From Thermoplasmata archaeon (GTDB taxonomy: Archaea > Thermoplasmatota > Thermoplasmata > Lutacidiplasmatales > UBA184), in assembly GCA_021798195.1 (NCBI GenBank), contig JAJZYH010000001.1:80390-144389 (forward strand): a stretch of 64,000 bases of DNA, written 5' to 3'. The notes below the pieces were generated by a model, which saw nothing but the letters and a program-made list of their open reading frames with translations, did no database searches and was not told where the DNA came from. A program made the position numbers and the translations under genes. The first letter of the stretch is position 1. Every line of letters begins with the position of its first letter. Shown piece after piece: positions 33,827-42,263 of this stretch.

Positions 33827-34074
33827 ATTCGGAGCGTGGCCGACGCGGGGGCGGGTCTCTTCCGCGGAGCCCGTGGGCCGTGGAGATTTCGCTGACGGGG
33901 ACCCACGGCCGCTCCAGGGGAGTCACCCGTGCACTGGTCACAGGGAAGGGGAGGTCCCGTATCGCCTTCCCTGAGACCTCGTCCCATTCCGCCACCGGTG
34001 CGGGATCCGGGGGAGCCATCCATTCACTTTTGAACCTGTCCTGTTATCCCCCTCCATCGGGAGAGGAGAGGACC

Positions 34075-34815
34075 ATGGAGAAGAGGCCCTGGGAGCTCAC
34101 GGGCGACGCCTTCTGCGACGAACTGTTCCGGTACAAGCTGGAGAACCATCCGTTCCGCACCCACCCGTTCTTCCGCGACTGGGTCGCGGGGAAGCTCCCC
34201 CGGACCACGCTGCAGCGATGGGCCCCCCAGTTCTATGCCTGGCTCACCTGCATCCCGCGCGCCTACGCCCTCCGGTTCGCGCGCCTTCCCTGGGAACCGC
34301 GCTTTGCGAAGTACCGGCCCATGCTCCTGGAGCACCTCACCGAAGAGGCCGGGTTCCCGGAGGGGGTCCACACGCCCCACCCGGAGCTCTTCCTGCGGTT
34401 CTGCGAGGGGCTGGGCCTTTCCCGGGAATCGGTGGAGACGGCGGAGCTCCTCCCCACCACCCACCTCGCCATCGACGATTTCATGTACGTGAACCACGAG
34501 GAGCCGTTCTACGTCTCGGCCGCGGGGTCCTCGGAGCCCCCCAACGTGGACCTCTGCGAGAAGCTCCTTCCGGTCCTGCGGAAGGTCTACAAGATCCCCG
34601 AGAAGCACCTCGAGTACTACCGGCTCCACGGGGAGGCCGACAAGGAGCACAGCATCCTGGTGAACAGCCTCGTCCACGACTTCGCGCAGGAAGGGGAGGC
34701 GACCCGGCGGAGGATGTGGCAGGCCATGCTCCGGAGCTTCGGGGTCCACCAGGCGATCGTCGACGGGGTCCTCGCGGCCCCCGGGGACTCCCCCCCACGC
34801 GGAGCCCGCCCCTGA
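34075..34815 (+). CDS. heme-oxygenase-like fold / iron-containing redox enzyme family protein (PqqC/TenA/CADD-like)
   Basis: 246 aa. HPFFRDWVAGKLPRTTLQRWAPQFYAW...LLEHLTEEAG...HPELFLRFCEGLG...YYRLHGEADKEHS shows the E/H ligand pattern of this fold. Confidence 0.55.
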   Translation: MEKRPWELTGDAFCDELFRYKLENHPFRTHPFFRDWVAGKLPRTTLQRWAPQFYAWLTCIPRAYALRFARLPWEPRFAKYRPMLLEHLTEEAGFPEGVHTPHPELFLRFCEGLGLSRESVETAELLPTTHLAIDDFMYVNHEEPFYVSAAGSSEPPNVDLCEKLLPVLRKVYKIPEKHLEYYRLHGEADKEHSILVNSLVHDFAQEGEATRRRMWQAMLRSFGVHQAIVDGVLAAPGDSPPRGARP

Positions 34816-34968
34816 AGGGGAAGGCCTTTCCCCGGGCCCGGATGGGAATGCCCCGGGGCACCAGTTCCGGCGGTCGGCGTACGTGGTCCATTCTCTTCGT
34901 GTGCGGGCGGGAGGGCAAAGCCCCGGCGCCCGCCTGCGGAAGGTGAGTCCCCGATGCACCGAGGTGGC

Positions 34969-36564
34969 CTACTGCCGGGGGGGTCCTCCGGTGGAGGTCC
35001 CGGGAGGGGGAGTGGTGGGCTCCGTCCGGGACGCCCGCAGGGACTTCTTGTCCACCTTTCCGGTGCTGGTGAGGGGGAGGCCCGGGAGGATCTGGAACTC
35101 CTCGGGGATCCACCAGGTCCGGATCCGACCTTCCGCCGCGTGGCGTTCCAGATGGGCGCGCATCGCGGGGACCGGGGAAGGCGGGGCATCCCGTAGCTGG
35201 ACGAAGGCCACGGGCCTCTCTCCCCACTTCTCGTCGGGCCGCCCCACCACGGCTGCCATCTCCACGAAGGGAAGTTCCGAGAGGAGGTTCTCCAGGAGGC
35301 TCGTGGGGATCCATTCCCCGCCCGATTTGACGGCGTCCCGTTCCCGGTCCAGGATCTGGAGCCGGCCCACCCCGTCCCTCGCCCCCAGATCGCCCGTCCG
35401 GAACCAGCCTTCGGGGTACGCCTCCCGGGTCCGCACCGGATCATCCACGTAGCCGTGGGGGAGCCACGGAGCCCGGAACTCGACCTCCCCGAAACCGGCC
35501 CCGGGGAGCTCCCGGATCCGGACCTCGCTCAGCGGGGCCAGGGTGGTGGCCATGCGGAGCCGCTCCATCTGGTCGGGGAGTTCCAGGGAGGTCTCCTCCG
35601 GGGAGAGGCGGCCGATCCCGGCGATGAGGCCATCGGTGAACCCGTAGATCGACGTGATCTCGAGGCCCCTCTCCGCGCATTCGGCCACGAGCTTCTTGGG
35701 AATGGCCATCCCGCCCACCAGGGCCTTGCGGCCCCGGAGGACCTCCCGCCGCGGTTGCCGGAGGAGCATGTGGAGCATGGTGGGCACGGCGTTGAACCAG
35801 CTGACGTGCTCCGACTCGATGACGGCGAGGGTGCGGGCCGGTTCGAACCGGCCATCGAGCACCAGCTGGGCGCCCAGGAAGGGCCCGATGTACACGAGCC
35901 CCCAGCCGAAGAGGTGGTAGAACGGGATGAGGCCCATGAGGGTGTCGGAGGAGCGCAAGGAGGCGGGCCCCGGATGGGCGGAGAGGAGGGTGGAGATCCC
36001 CCAGATGGCCAGGAGCACCTTCCGATGGGAGTAGCGGACTCCCTTGGGCGTCCCCGTGGTCCCCGAGGTGAACAGGAGGACGGCATCGTCCTCCTCATCC
36101 ACTTCCCGGCCGAGGATCCCCGTGCCCTCGGGTCCCGGGGGTGCCTCCGGAAGCCCCGGGAATCCCATCGCTCCGTCCATCTCGAGGGTCTCGTGCCCCT
36201 GGGCGAGACCCCGGAGGGGAGGCGGGACCTCGGGGCCCAGGAGCACCAGGCGGGGGCGGGCGGTCTCCAGCGTCGCGGCGATCTGGGCGGGGGGGAGGCC
36301 CAGGTTCACCGAATGGAGGACCGCCCCGATCCCCGGGACCGCCTGGTGGAGGAGGAAATGCTCCGGCGTGTTGAAGTCCAGGACCGAGACCACGTCTCCC
36401 CGGGACACACCGTGACGCCGGAGGCGGGCGGCGAGGGATTCGGCCCGGGCATGGAGCTCCGGGTAGCCCCAGGAGCTCCCCCGGTAGGAGACCCCCTGGG
36501 AACGGGCGGGGAACCGCGCCGTCGTCCAGATCCGGTCCAGCGTGAGGCCATCCGTGCGCGTCAT
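34969..36564 (-). CDS. AMP-dependent acyl-CoA synthetase/ligase
   Basis: LLFTSGTTGTPKGV AMP-binding motif, WFRTGDLG, and GKVDKKSL at the C-terminus. The ATG overlaps the stop of the upstream gene (ATGA). Confidence 0.8.
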   Translation of the reverse strand: MTRTDGLTLDRIWTTARFPARSQGVSYRGSSWGYPELHARAESLAARLRRHGVSRGDVVSVLDFNTPEHFLLHQAVPGIGAVLHSVNLGLPPAQIAATLETARPRLVLLGPEVPPPLRGLAQGHETLEMDGAMGFPGLPEAPPGPEGTGILGREVDEEDDAVLLFTSGTTGTPKGVRYSHRKVLLAIWGISTLLSAHPGPASLRSSDTLMGLIPFYHLFGWGLVYIGPFLGAQLVLDGRFEPARTLAVIESEHVSWFNAVPTMLHMLLRQPRREVLRGRKALVGGMAIPKKLVAECAERGLEITSIYGFTDGLIAGIGRLSPEETSLELPDQMERLRMATTLAPLSEVRIRELPGAGFGEVEFRAPWLPHGYVDDPVRTREAYPEGWFRTGDLGARDGVGRLQILDRERDAVKSGGEWIPTSLLENLLSELPFVEMAAVVGRPDEKWGERPVAFVQLRDAPPSPVPAMRAHLERHAAEGRIRTWWIPEEFQILPGLPLTSTGKVDKKSLRASRTEPTTPPPGTSTGGPPRQ

Positions 36565-38261
36565 GCCATCCACTCCAGAGCCCCTTCCATCCGCGGGTCC
36601 GGGACATCGGGTGCCCGGTGGGCGATGTGGCGGGCCACGTAGAGGTCCAGGAGGGTGCGGGCCGCGTCGGTCCCACCGGGTCCATGGGCGTACTCCAGGA
36701 AGAACAGGGACGCCATGAGGTGACCCACCCGGGTCAAGAGGTCCTTCGCGTAAAACTCGCCCCGGTGCCGGTCCTCGAGGATCCCCCGCCCCCACGTCGA
36801 CAGCTCCTCGGTCTCGCTGCGGAGCCGGTCGGCCGTGGGGCCCGTCACCGGGAGCGACTGGATCCGGCGCAGGACCTCCTTCCAGAACGCCTCGCGGACC
36901 GGGGCCCGGTTCCACAGGTCCAGGAACTCGAGCGCCTGGATGTTGCTGGTTCCCTCCCAGATGGAGGTGACCAGCGCCTCCCGGTGGAGCCGGGCGAGGG
37001 GGAACTCCTCGAGGAAGCCGATCCCCCCCAGCACCTCGAGGCAGGACCGGGTGACCTCCTGGGACATCCACGACGTGAGCGCCTTGGTGAGATGGGTGAG
37101 GAGGCGGGCTTGGAAGTATCCCTCGGAATAGGGAGGCCGGTCCTCCGCGGTGGCCGAGACGGCCCGCGCCGTGCACAGGGCCAGCAGGAGACCCACCTCC
37201 ACCTCCGCCTCCATCTCCCAGAGGTCGCGGCGCAGGAGGGGATGGTCCCGGAGCGCTTTCCCGAAGGCCTGCCGGTGGACGGCGTAGCGGTAGGCCTCCC
37301 ACAGGGCCTTCCGGGCCAGTCCCACCGCGGCCAGGGCGTTGTCCACCCGGGCGATGTTGAGGATCTCGAGGGCGGTGTAGATCCCGTGGGACGCCTCCCC
37401 CAAGAGGAACGCCTCGGATCCCTCGAGCTCCACCTCGCCGGTGGGGACGGCCCGGGTCCCCATCTTGTCCTTGAGCCGGCGCAGGGAGAAATTGGGTTCC
37501 CCGGAGGCCCGGAGCCCGGGGACCAGGAAGAGGGCGATCCCCTTGGGGCCGGGGCGGACCGGTTCGGGCTTCGCGGTCACGAGGGCCACATCGGCGAGGC
37601 CCACGTTGCTGGTGAAGTACTTGTTGGGCCCCCAGAGCCTCCAGCCCTCCGGGGTCTCCCGGGCCACGGTCACGTTGGCTCCCAGGTCGCTCCCTCCCTG
37701 GACCTCCGTGTAGAACGTGGCTCCCCAGGCCCCGTGGGGCGAGTCGGTCGCCAGGGAGGAAAGGAACCGCTCCTTCGTGCTCGGATCCCCGTACTTCCAG
37801 ACCGCAAAGGCGGTCTGCATCGTCAGGGTGATGGTGCAGAAGAGGCCGGCATCGGAGATGAGGTAGCCGCTCAGGAAGTGGGACCAGAGACGGGGAGCGT
37901 CCTCGAGACCGGCGGAGATGGTCCGGAGCTCCCGGAGGTGCCCGAGGACCCGGCGATGCTCCGGGGAGATGCGCACGAAATCGATCCGTTCGCCCAGGAG
38001 ACCCCAGGTATGGAGCACGGGACGGGCGCCGTGGTCGATGGAGTCGGCCACCTCCATCATCTCCTCGCCCACGAAGGCCCCCAGGAGGTCGTGGTGCTCG
38101 CGGGGTGCCATCCCCAGGAACTTGAGCATCTCCTGGAACGGACGGTCATCCCGGCAGTAGTTGACCCCGTGGGTGAGGAAGAGATGATGGAATTGATCCC
38201 GCATGGGAGATTCTTCCCGTACCGTCCGGACCCATCCGTCGGTTATTAGCCCATCCGGCAC
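36561..38261 (-). CDS. AidB-like acyl-CoA dehydrogenase
   Basis: 566 aa. GATFYTEVQGGSDLGAN...WRLWGPNKYFTSNVGLADVALVTAK...LKDKMGTRAVPTGEVEL. An alternative start is the ATG at 38204. Confidence 0.75.
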   Translation of the reverse strand: MPDGLITDGWVRTVREESPMRDQFHHLFLTHGVNYCRDDRPFQEMLKFLGMAPREHHDLLGAFVGEEMMEVADSIDHGARPVLHTWGLLGERIDFVRISPEHRRVLGHLRELRTISAGLEDAPRLWSHFLSGYLISDAGLFCTITLTMQTAFAVWKYGDPSTKERFLSSLATDSPHGAWGATFYTEVQGGSDLGANVTVARETPEGWRLWGPNKYFTSNVGLADVALVTAKPEPVRPGPKGIALFLVPGLRASGEPNFSLRRLKDKMGTRAVPTGEVELEGSEAFLLGEASHGIYTALEILNIARVDNALAAVGLARKALWEAYRYAVHRQAFGKALRDHPLLRRDLWEMEAEVEVGLLLALCTARAVSATAEDRPPYSEGYFQARLLTHLTKALTSWMSQEVTRSCLEVLGGIGFLEEFPLARLHREALVTSIWEGTSNIQALEFLDLWNRAPVREAFWKEVLRRIQSLPVTGPTADRLRSETEELSTWGRGILEDRHRGEFYAKDLLTRVGHLMASLFFLEYAHGPGGTDAARTLLDLYVARHIAHRAPDVPDPRMEGALEWMA

Positions 38262-38361
38262 CGATCCGGTCCTTTCCCCGGCGAATCACCGTGGACTCCG
38301 CGCAACGCACGGGAGGAGCCGGGGCGGCGGGTCGGACGGAGCCGAGGAACGCCGCCCGGCA

Positions 38362-39516
38362 TCATGGGGACGCGGGACCGAGGAGGGGCAGGAGGGCCTC
38401 GGGTTCCGGGAGCCCCTCCGGGGGATGGTAGGCCGACGGGGGGACGCCCCGGATCCGGAGGACCTTTTCCGCCACGGACCGGCAGTACCCGCACTGGGAA
38501 CAGCTGCGGTGCTCGCAGTCCATGGTGGCGATCCGCCGCAGGAACCCCGGAGGGAACCGCGTGTTGTCGATGACGACGTCCGCGAGCGGAGCGAACGCCT
38601 CCGTGAAGGCGCGGACCACCTGGGGTTCCCGGGGGTCGTCCGCGAGCGTCGCGAGCGCGCTTCGGGGGCCCCGGACCTGGACGTAGCTCAGGATGTCCAG
38701 GAGGTTCCCTTCGTACTTCCGCCCGGCGTAGGCCTGGGCCACCTTGACCAGCCACGGGGTGGCGTGGTTGCGGCCGGAGATCTTGAAGCGGTGGACCCCC
38801 TCCTCCTCGTAGACCTCGAGGTCCTCGGGCCGGATGAACACCGACGCGATGAGCTTCCAGGGGGTGCGCACGTATTCCAGGCCGCACTCCACGATGGGGA
38901 ATTCGAAGAGGGGGCAGGGTTCCCCGAACTGGGAGCTCAAGGAGCTCGTGTTGAGGTGATGGAATCGGTACGGGCAGGAGGGGATGCAGCTCTGGTTCAC
39001 GAGGACCTCGACGCGCATGCCGATCCGGACCAGTCCCCGGATGAGCGCGAAGTCCCGGTTGGCCTCCTCCAGCACCACCGTTTCCGCGCCCAGGCGCTTG
39101 TAGTACTCCGCCTGCGTCACGGTCCGGATGCGGGCGAAGGAGGAGACGGTGATGGGCACTTCGGGGTGTGCCCGGTGCAATGCGTCCACCAGGGCGGGGA
39201 TGGCGATCACGAACCCGTCGACCCCGAGGTCCAGGAGGTCCTCCGCGGTCCGCAGGAAGGCGGGAAGGAACCCCGGCCGGTACTCCTTGAGCCCCAGGTC
39301 GCTGCTGTTCAGGGTGGCGTAGAAGGTCCTCCCCGCCGCGTGGACCGACCGCAGGTGCCGGCGGAACTCCTCCCGCGTGACGGAGGGGAGGATGTGGGGA
39401 GGCCTTCCGCCCCCGGTGATCTGGTAGGGGAAGCTCCCGAAGAGGCTCGCGACGGGCAGATCCCGCGTCCGCTCCACCAGGGCATCGTCAAAGTTGGAGG
39501 CGAGCACGATCTCCAT
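38362..39516 (-). CDS. peptidase-U32-family protein (the family that includes the O2-independent hydroxylases RlhA, TrhP and UbiU/V)
   Basis: TIM-barrel-like layout: MEIVLASNFDD..., GRTFYATLN, LGVDGFVIAIPALVDAL, ITVSSFARI, GAETVVLEEAN, VEVLVNQSCIPSCPY. C-terminal Cys cluster CEHRSCSQCGYC. The start is set at 39516, with minus-strand CGTTTTGG about 27 nt upstream. Confidence 0.55.
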   Translation of the reverse strand: MEIVLASNFDDALVERTRDLPVASLFGSFPYQITGGGRPPHILPSVTREEFRRHLRSVHAAGRTFYATLNSSDLGLKEYRPGFLPAFLRTAEDLLDLGVDGFVIAIPALVDALHRAHPEVPITVSSFARIRTVTQAEYYKRLGAETVVLEEANRDFALIRGLVRIGMRVEVLVNQSCIPSCPYRFHHLNTSSLSSQFGEPCPLFEFPIVECGLEYVRTPWKLIASVFIRPEDLEVYEEEGVHRFKISGRNHATPWLVKVAQAYAGRKYEGNLLDILSYVQVRGPRSALATLADDPREPQVVRAFTEAFAPLADVVIDNTRFPPGFLRRIATMDCEHRSCSQCGYCRSVAEKVLRIRGVPPSAYHPPEGLPEPEALLPLLGPASP

Positions 39517-39614
39517 GGCCTCCGGAGACGGGGCTACACCCAAAACGAGCATCCCTGACCGGTACGGGCGAATCCCCTTGACGCAGGGAAACCTCCCCGG
39601 ACCCGGAGGCATCC

Positions 39615-40088
39615 GTGGGGATCTCATCGTCCCGGATCGAGGTCCTGCGTCGGGAACTGGAGGGGATCGACCACTCCCTGACGATCCTCGCGGCGGCCCG
39701 TGTGGATCTCGCGGTCCGCATCATCCGGGAGCGGATGAGTGCGGGGGATCCCGTGGCCCTCCCCGCGCAGGAGGACCGGGTGTTCCGGAGGGCCCGGATG
39801 TGGGCCCGGCGGTACGGGGCTCCGGAGCCCCTCGTGGAGGGGTTCTTCCGGGGGATCGTGGCCGAAGGGAAGCGACGGGCCCTCGTCTCCCGTGGGGAGG
39901 GGGCCACGGGTCATCCGGAGTTCGTTACCGTGTTCGTGACCCCCGGATCCGGGGCCAGGGAAGCGGTCCCGCCTTCGCGGCCCATCCCGGCCGCCGCGCG
40001 GAAGAGCCGGTCCGGGGGAGGACTTGGGGTCCCTTCCCGAGGGGTCCTGGCCGCTGAACCCGTGGATGTCGCCGCGGAACCCAGGTGA
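39615..40088 (+). CDS. stand-alone AroQ-type chorismate mutase (N-terminal roughly 95 aa) with a disordered tail
   Basis: GTG start. RIEVLRRELEGIDHSLTILAAARVDLAVRIIRER...LPAQEDRVFRRARMWARRYGAPEPLVEGFFRGIVAEG follows the three-helix AroQ pattern. Confidence 0.5.
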   Translation: MGISSSRIEVLRRELEGIDHSLTILAAARVDLAVRIIRERMSAGDPVALPAQEDRVFRRARMWARRYGAPEPLVEGFFRGIVAEGKRRALVSRGEGATGHPEFVTVFVTPGSGAREAVPPSRPIPAAARKSRSGGGLGVPSRGVLAAEPVDVAAEPR

Positions 40089-40094
40089 AGAAAG

Positions 40095-40886
40095 ATGTAC
40101 TCCGAAGGGATGGGAAGTAGTGTGGCCCGGAAAGCGATCGTCCCCCCGGCGGAGAGTCGGGGAGCGTTTCAGGAGACGAACCCGAACCGGCGGGCCATGG
40201 GGCGCCCCGCCAACGGCTCCTCCGTCCGGGAGCTCTCCCTGGTGGAGATCCGGTTCGCCCCGGGGGATGACCGGGATTGGCTCCTCAAGGTCATGGGAAC
40301 CCCCGAGACGTACGTGAAGCTCCGGAACTGCCGGCCCACCGACGGTTCCCCCCCGGGCCTCTTCCGACTGCTGGAGATCTCCTGTTCCTCCGTCCGGTTC
40401 GCGGGGCTCCTCCGAGAGCTCCGGCAGAGGAGCGACGTGCGCCACGTGGCGGTGACGCCGGTGGCCCCCGCCCGTTGGCTTTTACAGGTGGAGAGCGATC
40501 TTCCCGCCCTCTGCCAGGGGATATTCGAGGCGGGAGGGACCTGCGTGGGGTGCCGACTCCTCTCGGACGCGGATGAGGACGGCCGGATCTCCTGGCGGAT
40601 CCTCGCGCCGGGATCCGAGCCTCTCCGGGCGCTCTATGAGAGGATCCTCAAGGAGAGGCCCACCCCGTCCCCCGTGGTGCACCGCCAGCGCTACCGGGAG
40701 CGGTCGAGCCTCACCCGGCGCCAATCGCTGGCGCTCCGCACCGCCTTCCGCATGGGCTACTACGAGTTTCCGCGCCGCGTGGGGCTCCGGGCACTCGCGG
40801 AGGCCATGGGGGTGAGCCGGTCCACGGTGTCGGAGATCCTGCGACGGGCCGAGGTGAAGGTCATGGAAGGGCTTCACTCCGCCTGA
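40095..40886 (+). CDS. HTH_10 transcriptional regulator, paralog 3
   Basis: LTRRQSLALRTAFRMGYYEFPRRVGLRALAEAMGVSRSTVSEILRRAEVKVM. The start may be internal, for example the ATG at 40197. Confidence 0.7.
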   Translation: MYSEGMGSSVARKAIVPPAESRGAFQETNPNRRAMGRPANGSSVRELSLVEIRFAPGDDRDWLLKVMGTPETYVKLRNCRPTDGSPPGLFRLLEISCSSVRFAGLLRELRQRSDVRHVAVTPVAPARWLLQVESDLPALCQGIFEAGGTCVGCRLLSDADEDGRISWRILAPGSEPLRALYERILKERPTPSPVVHRQRYRERSSLTRRQSLALRTAFRMGYYEFPRRVGLRALAEAMGVSRSTVSEILRRAEVKVMEGLHSA

Positions 40887-40901
40887 GGGGGACCCCGGAC
40901 G

Positions 40902-41123
40902 TCAGTGGGCCCGCTTCCCGGGTCCCTTGAGTTCCCGCTCCGCCTGGAGCCAGTCGTCCAGCGCGTGCCCCGGAGCGCCCCCGCGGGACAGGAAGATCTG
41001 GTAGGCGCGCTCCCGGATCATCTCGTCGGTGGGAGGGGCGGGGGAAGGAACCGGCCCGTCGGGAGCCGGGGGACGTTCGTCGAGGGCATGCGGCATTCTG
41101 CGGGGGGTGTGCGAACGGGGCAT
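40902..41123 (-). CDS. DUF2934 domain protein
   Basis: MIRERAYQIFLSRGGAPGHALDDWLQAERELK is the characteristic DUF2934 motif. The start is uncertain. Confidence 0.55.
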   Translation of the reverse strand: MPRSHTPRRMPHALDERPPAPDGPVPSPAPPTDEMIRERAYQIFLSRGGAPGHALDDWLQAERELKGPGKRAH

Positions 41124-41257
41124 CGGAACACCTCGGAGAGGGAGTGGAAAGGCGAGGATCGATGGGAGGATCCGGAACGAGTGCGTCAAACAGAGGAATC
41201 ACTGGGGATGCTTAAGGATTGTAGTCCCCTGCTGCGTCCCGGGTCCACGAGGTCGAT

Positions 41258-42139
41258 CTACACACCTTTCCGGCGTCCTGCCACCACGAACCCATGGCCC
41301 ATCTCGAGGGTCCCTGGCCTCCGGCCGACGCATTCCTCGAGCCGGAGGAGCGCCTCCCAGGTGCGTTTCTCCTGGTGGGCGATGGAGGGGCTCCGGTCCT
41401 GGAACGCCGTGAGAGGGGCCACGCTCATCACATCCAGGGTCTCGAAGCCATGGCGGGCGAGCGTTTCCCGGGCCTCCCCCGCCGTGAAGAATTGGCATTC
41501 GAACTTCGCGAGCCGGGCCGGTGCGAACGGTTGATACCCCGTGGCAAGCACGGAATCGATGAGGTAGAGCCGGGGGTTGCGGAGGACTTTCTGCAGGCGG
41601 CGGTCCTGGGAAAGGCCGTGGAGGAACTCCTGGACCGCTCCCGCCGGGGAGGGGAAGTCGGCCACCAGGAGACCCCCGGGCCGGAGCACGCGGCGGAGCT
41701 CCTCCATCACCTTCGGTGCGTCACGGGCGGCGAACCCGAGGATGTTGCCGAGGGCGACGGCCGCGTCCACGGAACCGGTGGTGAGGGGCAGGTGCTCGCC
41801 CGCCCCCTGGATCCAGTGGACCCGCGGGAGACCCCGGCCGTCCCGTGAGCTCCGGCGCGCGGCCTTGAGGGATCTCCGGGAGAGGTCCACGGCGATCACC
41901 GGGCCCCGCGCCAGGCGACGGATCACGGGGGTGAAGCGGCCGGGGCCGGGTCCCAGTTCCAGGACCCGGCCGGGGGAGTCCTTCAGATGCGCCCGGAGGA
42001 ACCTCTCGCGCAAGGTCCCCAGGAGGATCCGGCGGGGGTCACCCTGGTAGCGTCGCCGCTCCCTCGCGACGCCCAGGTCAAAGACCCCCCGAAGGCGCCT
42101 TCGGCGGCGTGGGGCTTCCCCCTCGGGTCGGGTCGGCAT
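41258..42139 (-). CDS. class I SAM-dependent methyltransferase
   Basis: Motif I VLELGPGPGRFT, followed by VIAVDLS and ALGNILGF. The start is set at MPTRPEGE, with minus-strand CCAAATATCC about 29 nt upstream. Confidence 0.7.
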   Translation of the reverse strand: MPTRPEGEAPRRRRRLRGVFDLGVARERRRYQGDPRRILLGTLRERFLRAHLKDSPGRVLELGPGPGRFTPVIRRLARGPVIAVDLSRRSLKAARRSSRDGRGLPRVHWIQGAGEHLPLTTGSVDAAVALGNILGFAARDAPKVMEELRRVLRPGGLLVADFPSPAGAVQEFLHGLSQDRRLQKVLRNPRLYLIDSVLATGYQPFAPARLAKFECQFFTAGEARETLARHGFETLDVMSVAPLTAFQDRSPSIAHQEKRTWEALLRLEECVGRRPGTLEMGHGFVVAGRRKGV

Positions 42140-42263
42140 CGCGGATCGGTGGACCACCTCCCCCGGATATTTGGACCCTTTCGACCCCCCCGGCCCCGCC
42201 GTCCGACCCTCGGGAGGGGACCGATGGGATCGATCCCCGGATCCCGTTCTTCAGGGGGTGCGC

